Source of the DNA: Candidatus Palauibacter sp.
Lineage (GTDB): Bacteria > Gemmatimonadota > Gemmatimonadetes > Palauibacterales > Palauibacteraceae
DNA length: 64,000 nt
Assembly (NCBI RefSeq): GCF_965222475.1
Contig: NZ_CBDCUB010000001.1
Span: 810,982-874,981 of the forward strand
Direction: 5' to 3'
A model generated the notes under the pieces. The model saw only the letters and a list, made by a program, of their open reading frames with translations. It was not told where the DNA came from and searched no databases. Below, in pieces: positions 49,074-59,055 of the stretch. Within the stretch, counting starts at the first letter, position 1; the number at the start of each line of letters is the position of its first letter. A program made the position numbers and the translations under genes.

Positions 49074-50731
49074 GTGGAATCCCTGATCCCGTCGTCTGAG
49101 CAGCCGCCATTGCCGCACGACCGCTTCATCGTCGAGGGGGAGCCCGACGAGGAGGCCGTGCCGCTCGATGTCCTCTTCGTGGGCGGGGGGCCGGCGGGTC
49201 TGGCGGGGGCGATCCGGCTCGCCCGGCTGGCGGCGCGCGACCGGGCCGAGGGCGGGCCCCTGGCCGATGTCGAGATCGGGGTGCTCGAGAAGTCGGGCGA
49301 ACTCGGGGAACACTGCCTCTCCGGGGCGGTCGTGAATCCGGAAGGCTTCCGAACGCTGTTTCCGGACCTCGAGGAATCCGAATTTCCCTTTCGAGGGCCC
49401 GTACGCGGCGATCGGGTCCTGCTCCTGACCGAACGCGGGAAGGTCCGGCTGCCCACGCCGCCCACGATGCGGAACCACGGCCATCACGTGGCTTCGATCT
49501 GCGAGATCGTCCGCTGGCTGGGCGCGCGGGCGGAGGCGTTGGGGGTCAACGTGTTCACCGGTTTCCCGGCGGACGCGATGCTCATGCGCGGGGGGCAGGT
49601 CGTGGGGGTTCGGACGACCCCCGCGGGCCTCGACCGGGAAGGGAATCCGGGCGGCGGGTTCATGCCGGCCACGGACCTGTCGGCCCGCGTCACGGTCCTC
49701 GCGGAGGGGGACGCGCGGGCCGCTGAGCCAGGCGTGGCTGGAGCGGGAGGGGATCGGGTCCGCCAACCCGCAGATCTTCGCCCTCGGGGTCAAGGAACTG
49801 TGGGAGGTGCCGCGGCCGCCCGGCGCCGTGACGCACACCCTCGGCTGGCCGCTCCCGCGCGACGCCTTCGGGGGCAGCTTCATCTATCCCATGGGCGAGA
49901 ACCTCGTCTCCCTCGGGCTCGTCGTGGGGTTGGACGCGCCCTACGTCGACCTCGACGTGCACGCCCTCCTGCAGCGCTTCAAGCGCCATCCCCTGTTGCG
50001 GCAGATCCTCGCGGGCGGCGAGCTGGTGGAGTGGGGAGCGAAGACGATCCCGGAGGGCGGGTATTACGCGATCCCGGACCGGCTGAGCAGCGATGGGCTG
50101 CTCATCGCGGGAGACGCCGCGGGTCTGGTCGATGTCGCCTCGCTCAAGGGCATCCAATACGCGATGCGCTCGGGTATCCTCGCGGCGGAGGCGATCGGCC
50201 GCGCGCTGGCCGCCGACGATGTGTCGGGCGCCCGGCTGTCCTCGTACGACGCCGCCCTGAGAGAGAGCCTCGTGACGGACGCCGTCTACCGGAACCGGAA
50301 CCAGCGGCTCGCCTTCAAGTCGGGGTTCTTCGCGGGGGGGGTCCGGGCGGGACTCATGCAGGCGACGGGGGGGACGTTCCCGGGGCGGCGCATCGGGAGC
50401 CGCTCCGACGCGGACGAGCCGCGCGCGAAACGGCTGGGGCTCGCGGGGGCGTACGATGGGGCGCACTCGGTGGCGAAGGTCGACGCGGTCTTCCGCTCCG
50501 GCAACGCAACGCGCGACGATATCCCCTCACACCTCGTGGTCGGCACGCGCGTGTCCCCGGAGATGGCGGATCTCTATGAGAGCCTGTGTCCCGCCGAGGG
50601 TCTACGAGCGGGACGGCGACCGCCTGGTCGTGAACGCCCCGAACTGTATCGACTGCAAGGCGACGGACGTCCTCGGGCCGCGCTGGACGCCGCGCGAAGG
50701 CGGGAGCGGGCCCGCGTACAAGGCGGATGTG
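49074..50731 (+). pseudogene. Electron-transfer-flavoprotein:ubiquinone oxidoreductase (ETF-QO), spread over three frames by three apparent single-G indels
   Basis: Frame 0 has …DVLFVGGGPAGLAGAIRLARLA…VLAEG. The switch occurs at GAG-GGG-G|ACG (~49707-49711) into frame +1 (…TRGPLSQAWLEREGIGSANPQIFALGVKELW…GSFIYPMGENLVSLGLVVGLDAPYVDLDVH…). A second switch near 50590 leads into frame +2 (…VYERDGDRLVVNAPNCIDCKATDVLGPRWTPREGGSGPAYK). Removing one G at 50724-50725 restores the family's conserved ending AYKAM*. Confidence 0.6.
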
Positions 50732-50759
50732 AGTGCGGGGGCGGGCCGGGAACGGCGCG

Positions 50760-52006
50760 TCAGCCGCCGGAGGCCGAGCGGGCCGCGGGGCTCGCGCGCA
50801 GGTCCAGCAGGGAGAAGGCGTCCGCCACCTGTTCGTACCCGGTCCGCATGAGGAACGCGGAGTTCTTGCCGAAGCTCTTGGCGCCGAGGATGAAGAAGCC
50901 GGGTTCGGGGCTGAGCAGCGCTTCGGGTCCGAGCGCGTCCTCGGCGATCAGGCAGTCGGCCGGCCCGTCGCCCCGCGCCGCACGGAGGGCCGCCGAGACG
51001 CCCATCGGACCGAGGGAGGCGTAGCAGGTGTGGATCTGGAGTTGCCGGTACAGCCGGTCGTCGGGCTCATAGCCGACGCTGGCCACGATGCGGTCGAAGT
51101 GGTCGTGCCGCACGGTCCCGGCGACCTCCAGTTCGACGTCGAACTCCCTGCCCGGAGGTTCGCTTGGCGGCGAGGAGCCTGGCCGCGGGGAGCCACGCGC
51201 AGCCGGGGGGCGGCCCCGACGGCGACGGCGTTGGCCCGGCGCGTGAGTTCCGCGCGCTCCGGGAGCGGGTCCTCGTCGATCGGCCGCAACGGGACGTCCG
51301 AGACGCGACGGGAGGCCCAGGTGAACCGCGTGCCCGGGATCACGCGGGCGAGGGCGGCCAGCGCGACCGCCGTCGTGGCCGCGGAGTGGCCGGCGCCGAG
51401 GAGCAGCGTCCGCCGCCCCGCGTAGCGATCGCGCTGCGCCCCGAGCGGGTCCGGCAGGTGGTACTCGATCGCCCGTCGCGCGGCGCGCTCACCCCGTGCC
51501 GGCGCGCCGCCCGGGCCGGCCCAGCCGGGCTGGCCCCAGGTTCCGGAGCAATCGAAGACGGCCCGCGCGAACACCTCGGTCTCGGCGCCGTTCTCCTCCA
51601 CGAGCAGCCGGAAGGGCCGATCGGCCCGGGCGACGGATCCGAGCGCCTCGCCCTTCAGCCGGTCGGCCCGCGCGACATCCCGGACGCGCGCCCCCTCCCG
51701 GATCTCGATGCTCGATCGCACGGCCGCGGCCAGCGGCAGCAGATACCGCGTCCGGAGCTCCTCGCCCGTGAGAATCGCCTCCGGCGCCGGCAGCCGAACG
51801 CCCCGGCCGCGGAGCAGCCCCAGCCCCGCCGGGCCCGCGTTGAGTTCGAACGGCGAGAAGAGGCGCACCCACCGCCAGGTGTGCACGTGCTGCGCGACGG
51901 CCCCGGCCTCGAGCACCACCGCGGAGAGGCCGGCGCGCGCGGCCCCGGCCGCGGCCTCGAGGCCCGTCGGCCCCGCGCCGATGATGGCGAGATCCGCTAC
52001 GCGCAC
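50760..52006 (-). pseudogene. FAD/NAD(P)-dependent oxidoreductase (flavoprotein; pyridine-nucleotide-disulfide or monooxygenase-like), with ≥1 frameshift
   Basis: N-terminus MRVADLAIIGAGPTGLEAAAGAARAGL… (dinucleotide-binding) runs through …RTLLLGAGHSAATTAVALA… in one frame. The conserved C-terminus (…FDRIVASVGYEPDD…PEPGFFILGAKSFGKNSAFLMRTGYEQV…) is in another minus-strand frame (50760..51113). Confidence 0.5.
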
Positions 52007-52092
52007 GGGGTCCGACTCCGGTTCCCGGCGATCCGGAACGTTATCGACCGCTTGGCCTTCCGGTCTTCCATACGGAAACCTACTCTCCTTCG

Positions 52093-52854
52093 ATGAGCCA
52101 TCGCGAGGACCCGACCCGAAGGGGTGCGCCGCCAGGGGGATACACCCCGGGCCCGATCACCCGGTGGTCGACGCCGGTCACCCGGTGGATCATCACGAAT
52201 GTCGTCGCGCCCCCCTGCGTGTTCCTCCTCTTCGGTCTGCTCAACCGGACCCGGGTCTACGGGCGCCGACGCCTTCTCCACGCCCGCAATACCCTGCTTC
52301 TCGCGAACCATCAGTCGATGATCGACTCCTTTCCGATCGCCTACTTCCTCTTCTACCCGGAGAAGGCCTTCAGGCCCCATATCGCGCCGTGGAACGCCGC
52401 CGCGGCGGAGAATTTCTTCAAGAGCCCGCTCCTGGCGTGGATATTCCACCAGTTCAAGTGCATCCCCGTGCGGCAGGGACGGCACGATCCCAGGGTCCTG
52501 CTTCGGTCCGCGCGGGTGCTCCGCGAGGGTACGATGATGCTCTTTCCCGAAGGCACCCGGTCGCGCGATGGCCGGGTCGGTCGGGGGCGGCCGGGCGCCG
52601 GGATGGTCATCCTTCAAACGGGACCCGCCGTGATTCCCGTCACGATCGACGGCATGGATCGCATCCTGCCCATCGGCACGCGCCTCCCCCGGATCGGGCA
52701 GCGGCTGTCTATCTATATCGGGCGGCCGATCGCATACCGGGACCTCGCCGCGCAGGGCCACTCGCGCGCGATCGCGCAGAGGATCGTGGACCGGGTGATG
52801 GATCGCATCAGCTTCCAGCGCCGCGTACTCTCGCGGTTGCACCGAACCGGGTAG
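52093..52854 (+). CDS. plsC: 1-acyl-sn-glycerol-3-phosphate (lysophospholipid) acyltransferase
   Basis: Motifs H(x4)D (LANHQSMIDS), FPEGTRS, and a PxxG-like VIPVTIDG. The exact start is uncertain. Confidence 0.7.
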   Translation: MSHREDPTRRGAPPGGYTPGPITRWSTPVTRWIITNVVAPPCVFLLFGLLNRTRVYGRRRLLHARNTLLLANHQSMIDSFPIAYFLFYPEKAFRPHIAPWNAAAAENFFKSPLLAWIFHQFKCIPVRQGRHDPRVLLRSARVLREGTMMLFPEGTRSRDGRVGRGRPGAGMVILQTGPAVIPVTIDGMDRILPIGTRLPRIGQRLSIYIGRPIAYRDLAAQGHSRAIAQRIVDRVMDRISFQRRVLSRLHRTG

Positions 52855-52920
52855 CACCCGATCCGGGACCTCGTGCGGCCGGATCTGGACATCGGCGCTT
52901 GAATCCGGCATAGTGACGAC

Positions 52921-53058
52921 ATGAACATTACACTCTACTACGTTCTCGTGACTCTTCTGCTGGGATCGCTCGTGGGTCTCCTCATGGGCGGCGGTTTCGC
53001 GTTCGGATGCCGGCTCCGGGAGCTGGATCGACCGGGTGGAGACAAACCGCCGGGATGA
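52921..53058 (+). CDS. Possible 45-aa single-TM small protein (below the ORF-table cut-off)
   Basis: ATG…MNITLYYVLVTLLLGSLVGLLMGGGFAFGCRLRELDRPGGDKPPG*. Codon usage is AT-richer than the surroundings, and it sits in an otherwise empty 360-nt gap. Confidence 0.2.
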   Translation: MNITLYYVLVTLLLGSLVGLLMGGGFAFGCRLRELDRPGGDKPPG

Positions 53059-53217
53059 TCGGGCCGTGCAGCCCCTGCGGGCCGCTCCGAGCCTCGACCT
53101 TCTTCCCGATCTCGTGATCAAACACTATCTTCCTATGCTGCAACTTGAGCCAATCGAGGCCCGATACCCTCCGTTTCCCGCTCCGGTTCGGGGTATTCCG
53201 AGCCTCCCGAGGTAGAC

Positions 53218-53469
53218 ATGACGAAGACTTTCCAGGACGACGATGGGCGCCGGTGGAAAGCGTGGCTCGCTTCACGCGAGGTTTTCTGGCCGGACCCGGA
53301 CGAGCAGGCGCCGCCGGACAATCTGGAAGCGGTCGTCTTCGTCTGCTTCTCGGACCCGTTCCAGACCCAGAGGCGGCTCCGGCTCCCGCAGGGTTCGTTC
53401 GAACAGCTCAGCCTTGACGACCTCAAGGAACATTTCAAGAAGGCGAAACTCGATCCTGCCATCCGCTAG
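53218..53469 (+). CDS. Hypothetical 83-aa protein
   Basis: Non-shadow-like composition (MTKTFQDDDGRRWKAWLASREVFWPD…KEHFKKAKLDPAIR). No recognisable motif. Confidence 0.35.
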   Translation: MTKTFQDDDGRRWKAWLASREVFWPDPDEQAPPDNLEAVVFVCFSDPFQTQRRLRLPQGSFEQLSLDDLKEHFKKAKLDPAIR

Positions 53470-53594
53470 CGGCTCGCCACGATTCCCGTGTCAGCGATCC
53501 GCGACAGGACTCCTGCCACCGCCGGCCGGGCGAGTTCTCGCCGCCGACCGGAGCAAGATCGACCTCCTCCGATACCGAAAGGCCTCGTGACAGA

Positions 53595-54719
53595 ATGACC
53601 GCCGCCGCCGGGAAAGGGCTAGAAGGCGTCGTCGCCTCGCAAACTTCACTCAGCTTCATCGACGGCCTCGAGGGTGTGCTCGTCTATCGGGGCTACAACA
53701 TCCATGAACTCGCGCCGAACGCCTCGTTCATCGAGAGCGTGTTCCTGCTCTGGAACGGGCGGCTGCCCACCCGCCCGGAACTCGATGCGTTCGAGGCGAG
53801 GCTGGCCGGGCTGCGCGCATTGGACCCGAGGACCCTCGATGGGCTGAGGACGCTCCCCGGGGACGCGGTGCCGATGTCGGCGCTACGCACCGGGATCTCG
53901 CTCGAGGGGATGCACGATCCCGACGCCGAGGACAACTCCGCCGAGGCGAACCGCCGGAAAGCGGAGCGGCTCGTGGCCCGGACGCCCACCATGATCGCGG
54001 CGATCCACCGCATCCGGCAGGGCAAGGAGCCGCTGGCGCCGGACCCGGCGCTCTCGCTTTCCGCCGACTTCGTACGCATGGCGAACGGGGAACCGGGCAC
54101 GGAAGAGGCGGTCGAGGCCCTCGACCGCACGCTGCTCCTCTACCTGGACCACGGGTTCAACGCGTCGACGTTCGCCTGCCGCGTGATCGCCGCAACGCTG
54201 GGTGACATGCACTCGGCGGTAACGGGCGGGGTGGGTGCGCTCAAGGGCTCGCTGCACGGTGGCGCCAACGCGAGGGCGATGCACACGCTGCTCGAGATCG
54301 GCAGCCTGGAGAACGTGGGGCCGTGGCTCGGGAAGGCCTTCGCGGAGAAGCGGAAGATCATGGGCTTCGGGCACCGGGTCTACAGGACGGAGGATCCCCG
54401 CGCGACGCACCTGCGCGAGATGTCCCGCGTCCTCACGAACCAGGCGGGGCTCGGGGAGTTCTACGAGATGTCGCGCGAACTCGAGGATCAGATGATCGCG
54501 CAGAAGGGCATCAACCCGAACGTGGACTTCTACTGCGCCACGGTGTACTACGCCCTCGGGATTCCGATCGACCTCTACACGCCTCTGTTCGCGATGGGGC
54601 GCATGGGCGGCTGGACGGCCCACGTCATGGAGCAGCACGGCGACAACCGGCTCATCCGGCCCCGAGCGGAGTATGTGGGGGAGATGGACCTTACCTGGGT
54701 GCCGATAGAGGATCGCTGA
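53595..54719 (+). CDS. gltA: Citrate synthase (short, type I/archaeal-bacterial form)
   Basis: 374 aa. GFGHRVY, the catalytic His/Asp context and a C-terminal …LFAMGRMGGWTAHVMEQ… are present. Confidence 0.9.
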   Translation: MTAAAGKGLEGVVASQTSLSFIDGLEGVLVYRGYNIHELAPNASFIESVFLLWNGRLPTRPELDAFEARLAGLRALDPRTLDGLRTLPGDAVPMSALRTGISLEGMHDPDAEDNSAEANRRKAERLVARTPTMIAAIHRIRQGKEPLAPDPALSLSADFVRMANGEPGTEEAVEALDRTLLLYLDHGFNASTFACRVIAATLGDMHSAVTGGVGALKGSLHGGANARAMHTLLEIGSLENVGPWLGKAFAEKRKIMGFGHRVYRTEDPRATHLREMSRVLTNQAGLGEFYEMSRELEDQMIAQKGINPNVDFYCATVYYALGIPIDLYTPLFAMGRMGGWTAHVMEQHGDNRLIRPRAEYVGEMDLTWVPIEDR

Positions 54720-54890
54720 GCCGGCACCTCGTGGCTGGACGCTCGCCACGGGAGGCCGGTGTCGCCAGAGGGGCCCGGGCGCTACGGCGCCGGGCGTCGA
54801 CGGTCGCAAACGGAAGCGGGCCACGGGGCTTTGAGGGCTGCCGGGTCCGCTTCTTTCGTTGACACGCACACTGCCGAAACGAGGCTGAGG

Positions 54891-56339
54891 GTGGTGGAGA
54901 TCAGGTCCGGGATACCGGTCGAAAGAGAGGTCGAGGCGTTCGTCGTCCCGTGGTTCGACGACGCGGCCTCGACCGGAGAGTCGTGGGAGGAGGCGGCCGC
55001 GCGGTGGCTCGAGGGCCGCGGGCATTCCGGGGAGGCCTCGGCGTGGGTCCGGCTGGGCGCGCCGGATTCGCCGGATGTCTTCATCGCGCGGCTCTCCGCC
55101 GGAGAGCGGCCGGTCGCCGAATCCTGTCGAAGAGCGGCGGGCGCCGGGGTGCGCGCCGCGCGCGCGCGCGGCTTCGGTTCGGTCGGGTTCCGGGTGCCGG
55201 AAGGGGCGGATGCGGCCGTGTGGCAGGCCTCCGCGGAGGGCCTCTCCCTCGGGGACTGGCGCTACGACGGCTTGCGTGACGCGAAGGGCCGGACCGCGCC
55301 GCCCGAGACGCGCGTCCTCTTTGCGACAGCTTCGGTACCGGCCGAGGCGCCGGCGGCGGTGCGCCGCGGCTGTATCCTCGCCGAGGCGCAGAACGTGACG
55401 CGCGAACTCGTGACGCTGCCCGGAAACACGGTGACCCCGCGCTACCTCGCCGAGACGGCGGAACGGCTCGGCCGCGAGCACGGTTTTCGCACCGAGGTCC
55501 GCGGCAGGGACCGGCTGGAGGAGGAGGGGTTCGGCGCGCTGCTCGCGGTATCCCGCGGGTCGGTCGAGGAACCCTGCTTCATCGAGATGGAGCATGAGGG
55601 CAGCGGCGGAGCCCCCTTCGTGGTCGTCGGCAAGGGCGTGACCTTCGACGCGGGCGGGATCTCGCTGAAACCGGCCTCCGGCATGGAGGACATGAAGTAC
55701 GACATGGCGGGGGCGGCGGCGGTTCTCGGCATCCTGACGGCGGCGGCGCGCCTCGACATCCCGCAGCGCGTGATCGGCCTCGTGCCCGCGACGGAGAACC
55801 TCCCGTCGGGGAATGCCGTGAAGCCGGGCGATGTCGTGCGCGGACTGTCCGGGAAGTCGATCGAGATCATCAACACCGACGCCGAAGGCCGCCTCATCCT
55901 CTCCGATGCGCTGACCTACGCCCAGCGGCTCGACCCGGCGGCGATCATCGACATGGCTACGCTCACGGGCGCCTGCGTCATCGCGCTCGGGCATCACGCG
56001 GTGGCCGTGCTCACGGCGAGCGACGGTCTCGCGGACGAACTCGCCGCGGCGGGCGAACGGACGGGGGAGCGCACCTGGCCCCTGCCGCTGTGGAAGGAAT
56101 ATCGCGCCCAACTCGACTCCCACATCGCCGACATCAAGAACATCGGCGGGCGCGGGGGCGGCACGATCACCGCGGGGTGGTTCCTGCGCGAGTTCGTGGC
56201 GGACGACGTGCGCTGGGCGCACCTCGACATCGCCGGCACGGCTTGGGCGGAGGAGGCGCGCGGCTGGCAGCCGAAGGGCGCCACCGGGGTCGCCGTCCGG
56301 CTCGTGCACGAGTGGCTGCGCTCCCACGGACGAGGGTGA
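54891..56339 (+). CDS. pepA: Leucyl aminopeptidase (M17)
   Basis: GTG start 54891 after GAGGCTGAGGG. VVGKGVTFDAGGISLKP (metal-binding Lys/Asp) and NTDAEGRL are present. The table ORF start (54759) is probably too early. Confidence 0.85.
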   Translation: MVEIRSGIPVEREVEAFVVPWFDDAASTGESWEEAAARWLEGRGHSGEASAWVRLGAPDSPDVFIARLSAGERPVAESCRRAAGAGVRAARARGFGSVGFRVPEGADAAVWQASAEGLSLGDWRYDGLRDAKGRTAPPETRVLFATASVPAEAPAAVRRGCILAEAQNVTRELVTLPGNTVTPRYLAETAERLGREHGFRTEVRGRDRLEEEGFGALLAVSRGSVEEPCFIEMEHEGSGGAPFVVVGKGVTFDAGGISLKPASGMEDMKYDMAGAAAVLGILTAAARLDIPQRVIGLVPATENLPSGNAVKPGDVVRGLSGKSIEIINTDAEGRLILSDALTYAQRLDPAAIIDMATLTGACVIALGHHAVAVLTASDGLADELAAAGERTGERTWPLPLWKEYRAQLDSHIADIKNIGGRGGGTITAGWFLREFVADDVRWAHLDIAGTAWAEEARGWQPKGATGVAVRLVHEWLRSHGRG

Positions 56340-58177
56340 ACCGACCGCTCGCGGGCGGCTGTGCCGCTCTCCTGCTCGTGGTCGGAGGCGTGGCCCCGGC
56401 GCGCGGTCAGGATCCGCCGCCGCCGCCGCCGGACTCGCTGGAGGTCCCGCCCGACTCGGTTCTCGAAGCGTTTGCCGACACGACGCCGCCCCGGGCGCCG
56501 CAGTTCCCGGAGCGGCTGACGGCGCTTCGGGGTCCCGGCCACGAGGTCTTCGACTGCGACCGCGAGTGCGTCCACGCCTCGCCGGCGTTCTCCCTGCTCG
56601 AGCTTCTGCTCGAATACGTGCCGGGGATGACGGGCCTTCGCGGTGGTTACTTCGCGGGACCGCACCACGCCTTCGACGGCGCCTTCGGCCCCGGCTTCGT
56701 GACGCTCTACGTGGACGGCCGCGAAGTTCCCTCGCTCGAGCGCGGGCAGACCGACCTTCGGCGCGTCTCGCTGAACTACGTGGATCGGGTGCGGGTCTAT
56801 CGCGGCGCCGATGGTCTGGTGATCGATGTGGATCTCATCCGCCACGACGGGGTGCAGGCCTACTCGAGGATCGGGGGCGGGACCGGGGATCCCAGAACGG
56901 AGATCCTCGACGCCGTGTTCGCCAACCGGCTGGGCAGCGCCGTCAACGTCGAAGTGTCGTTCGCACGCCAGGACATCAACGAGCGCGACGCCGAGAGGGA
57001 CCGCTTCGGGGCGCAGGGACGCCTCTCCTGGATGCCGCGCTCGAACAACTTCGGGGTGCAGCTGGAGTACCGGACCGAGAGCGCGAACCGGTTCGCGCTC
57101 GACACGATGGAGATCAGGCGGAAGGAGGTCGTCCTCCGCACGCGCGCAAATTTGGGTGACCGCGCGCAACTCGAGGCCTACGGACACACGACCAGCTTCA
57201 ACGAGGTGATTCCGCGGCTGCCGGACAGCATCCCCGCGCCCCGGCAAGGCGCGGATGGCGTCGGGTTGCGGCTCTCCGCCCGGCCCGGCGCGGGGGCGGT
57301 TTCGCTCGGGCTGCGCTTCGCCGGCCGGGATGCCTACGCCTCGCGGGTCGCGGACCTGGCCGCCTGGCAGCCGATCGGACCGCTCGCCCTCGAGGCCGGG
57401 GCCGAACTCGCGAGCTGGAACGAGTTCGCGACCGAGTCGTGGCGCGGCGGGCTGGCCTTCCGGGACACGTTGTTGTTTCCCGTCGCGCTGCGGGCCTTCG
57501 CGGCGGGAGGCACCCGGGGCGTCGGGTTCCCCGGGCATCCCATGGTGGCGGACAGCCTCGAGGATCTCGAACTGGTCGCGGCGGACAGCGTCCGCTTCAA
57601 CGCCCGCGGGGCCTCGGCCGCGTTCACGATCGGGCCGTTCGACCTCTCGGGCCGCTACTCGCAGCAGCGGCTGGACCGGCAGTTCGGCTTCGGCGCGCCC
57701 TTCGACCGGCTCGTGGTCGCCGACTCGGGCGAGGTGGACGTCACCTCGCTCGAGGCCCGCTTCGAGGGCCCGGTCGTCCCTCTGGGCGTCCTGATCCGGG
57801 GCCTCGCACCCATCCGCCTTCGGGCATCGTGGCGGAAGTTCACCTCCGATGGCGCCGCGTCGCTCTTCCTGCCCGACCGGCTGTTCCGCACGGAGTTCTT
57901 TCTGCACGATTCCTTCTTCGAGGAGAACCTCACGATCTGGGTCTCCCTGTTCATCGACCGCCGGGGCGCGCGCCTCGTGCCCGGAACGGGGTTGGAGGAT
58001 CCGGTGATGCTGGAGTCGGACAGCTGGATGGGCGGGAAGTTGATGTTCAAGATCGGCGACTTTCGGTTCTTCTGGCACTTCGGCAATCTGGGCGCGGGAG
58101 ACGTGGGGGATTTCCCCGGTACTCTGTTCCCCGTGCAGGTCAACGTGTTCGGACTTCGGTGGGAGTTCTTCAATTGA
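56336..58177 (+). CDS. Outer-membrane beta-barrel protein with a TonB-receptor-plug-like N-terminal domain
   Basis: GTG 56336 overlaps the pepA stop (GTGA). Signal peptide present. …LLELLLEYVPGMTGLRGGYFAGPHHAFDGAFGPGFVTLYVDGREV…VDRVRVYRG… is plug-like. Amphipathic strands run to a C-terminal …GLRWEFFN. Confidence 0.55.
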   Translation: MNRPLAGGCAALLLVVGGVAPARGQDPPPPPPDSLEVPPDSVLEAFADTTPPRAPQFPERLTALRGPGHEVFDCDRECVHASPAFSLLELLLEYVPGMTGLRGGYFAGPHHAFDGAFGPGFVTLYVDGREVPSLERGQTDLRRVSLNYVDRVRVYRGADGLVIDVDLIRHDGVQAYSRIGGGTGDPRTEILDAVFANRLGSAVNVEVSFARQDINERDAERDRFGAQGRLSWMPRSNNFGVQLEYRTESANRFALDTMEIRRKEVVLRTRANLGDRAQLEAYGHTTSFNEVIPRLPDSIPAPRQGADGVGLRLSARPGAGAVSLGLRFAGRDAYASRVADLAAWQPIGPLALEAGAELASWNEFATESWRGGLAFRDTLLFPVALRAFAAGGTRGVGFPGHPMVADSLEDLELVAADSVRFNARGASAAFTIGPFDLSGRYSQQRLDRQFGFGAPFDRLVVADSGEVDVTSLEARFEGPVVPLGVLIRGLAPIRLRASWRKFTSDGAASLFLPDRLFRTEFFLHDSFFEENLTIWVSLFIDRRGARLVPGTGLEDPVMLESDSWMGGKLMFKIGDFRFFWHFGNLGAGDVGDFPGTLFPVQVNVFGLRWEFFN

Positions 58178-59055
58178 TCCGGAGCATGACGGGTTACGGG
58201 GCGTCCACGGTGACCGGGGCGGAGGGGACGGTCACGGTCGAGGCGCGGTCGGTGAATTCGCGCGGCCTCAAGGTGGTGGTGAAGGCCCCCCCGGGCGCCG
58301 AACGGTGTGAGGGCGAACTGCGGGAGCTGGCGCAATCCCGGGCCGGGCGCGGCCGGCTCGACCTCTTCGTGCGCGTGGAGACGGGGCCGGCGGAGGAGGG
58401 ACGGGCTCTGGACGCGACGCGCGTGCGGGAGGTGCTCGACGCCTGCGCGCGCCTCCGGGACGAGTTCGGGGTCGCCGGGGAGCCCGACGTGGCCTCGCTC
58501 CTCCACGTCGGGGGGCTGTTCGCGAGGGGAGGCGCCGAGGGGGTCGAGTTCGCGCCGGATCCCGACGGGCTGAAGCAGGCGGCGGCGGAGGCGCTGGATG
58601 ACCTCGTCGCCATGCGGGACCGCGAAGGTGCGCGGCTCGCGGTCGATCTCCGCGAGCGCCTGGCCGGGATCCGGCGCGCGGTCGACGGGGCCGCGGAACT
58701 CGCGCCGCAGCGGCTGGAGCGCGAACGGACACGCCTCCAGGCCGCCGTGACGGAGTTGGCGGGGAAGGGGCTCGACGAGGATCGCCTGACGCGGGAAATC
58801 GCGCTCATCGCGGACCGCTGGGACGTCGGCGAGGAACTCGTGCGCGCCCGATCCCACCTGGAGGCGTTCGAGGAATTCCTCGAGGCCCCTATCGATGAAC
58901 CGGTGGGGAAACGCCTCGGCTTCCTCGTTCAGGAGCTGCAGCGCGAGGTCAATACGTTGGGCGCCAAGGCGAACGATCCGGGCATCTCCCGGCTCGTCGT
59001 CGAAGCGAAGAACGAGATAGAGAAGCTCCGGGAGCAGGTGGAGAACGTCGAGTGA
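58174..59055 (+). CDS. yicC: YicC/YloC-family stress-induced protein
   Basis: TTG 58174 gives MIRSMTGYGAS…, matching the conserved YicC N-terminus (E. coli MIRSMTAY…). It overlaps the OMP stop (TTGA). The C-terminal DUF1732-like region (…LVQELQREVNTLGAKAND…) is present. Confidence 0.85.
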   Translation: MIRSMTGYGASTVTGAEGTVTVEARSVNSRGLKVVVKAPPGAERCEGELRELAQSRAGRGRLDLFVRVETGPAEEGRALDATRVREVLDACARLRDEFGVAGEPDVASLLHVGGLFARGGAEGVEFAPDPDGLKQAAAEALDDLVAMRDREGARLAVDLRERLAGIRRAVDGAAELAPQRLERERTRLQAAVTELAGKGLDEDRLTREIALIADRWDVGEELVRARSHLEAFEEFLEAPIDEPVGKRLGFLVQELQREVNTLGAKANDPGISRLVVEAKNEIEKLREQVENVE

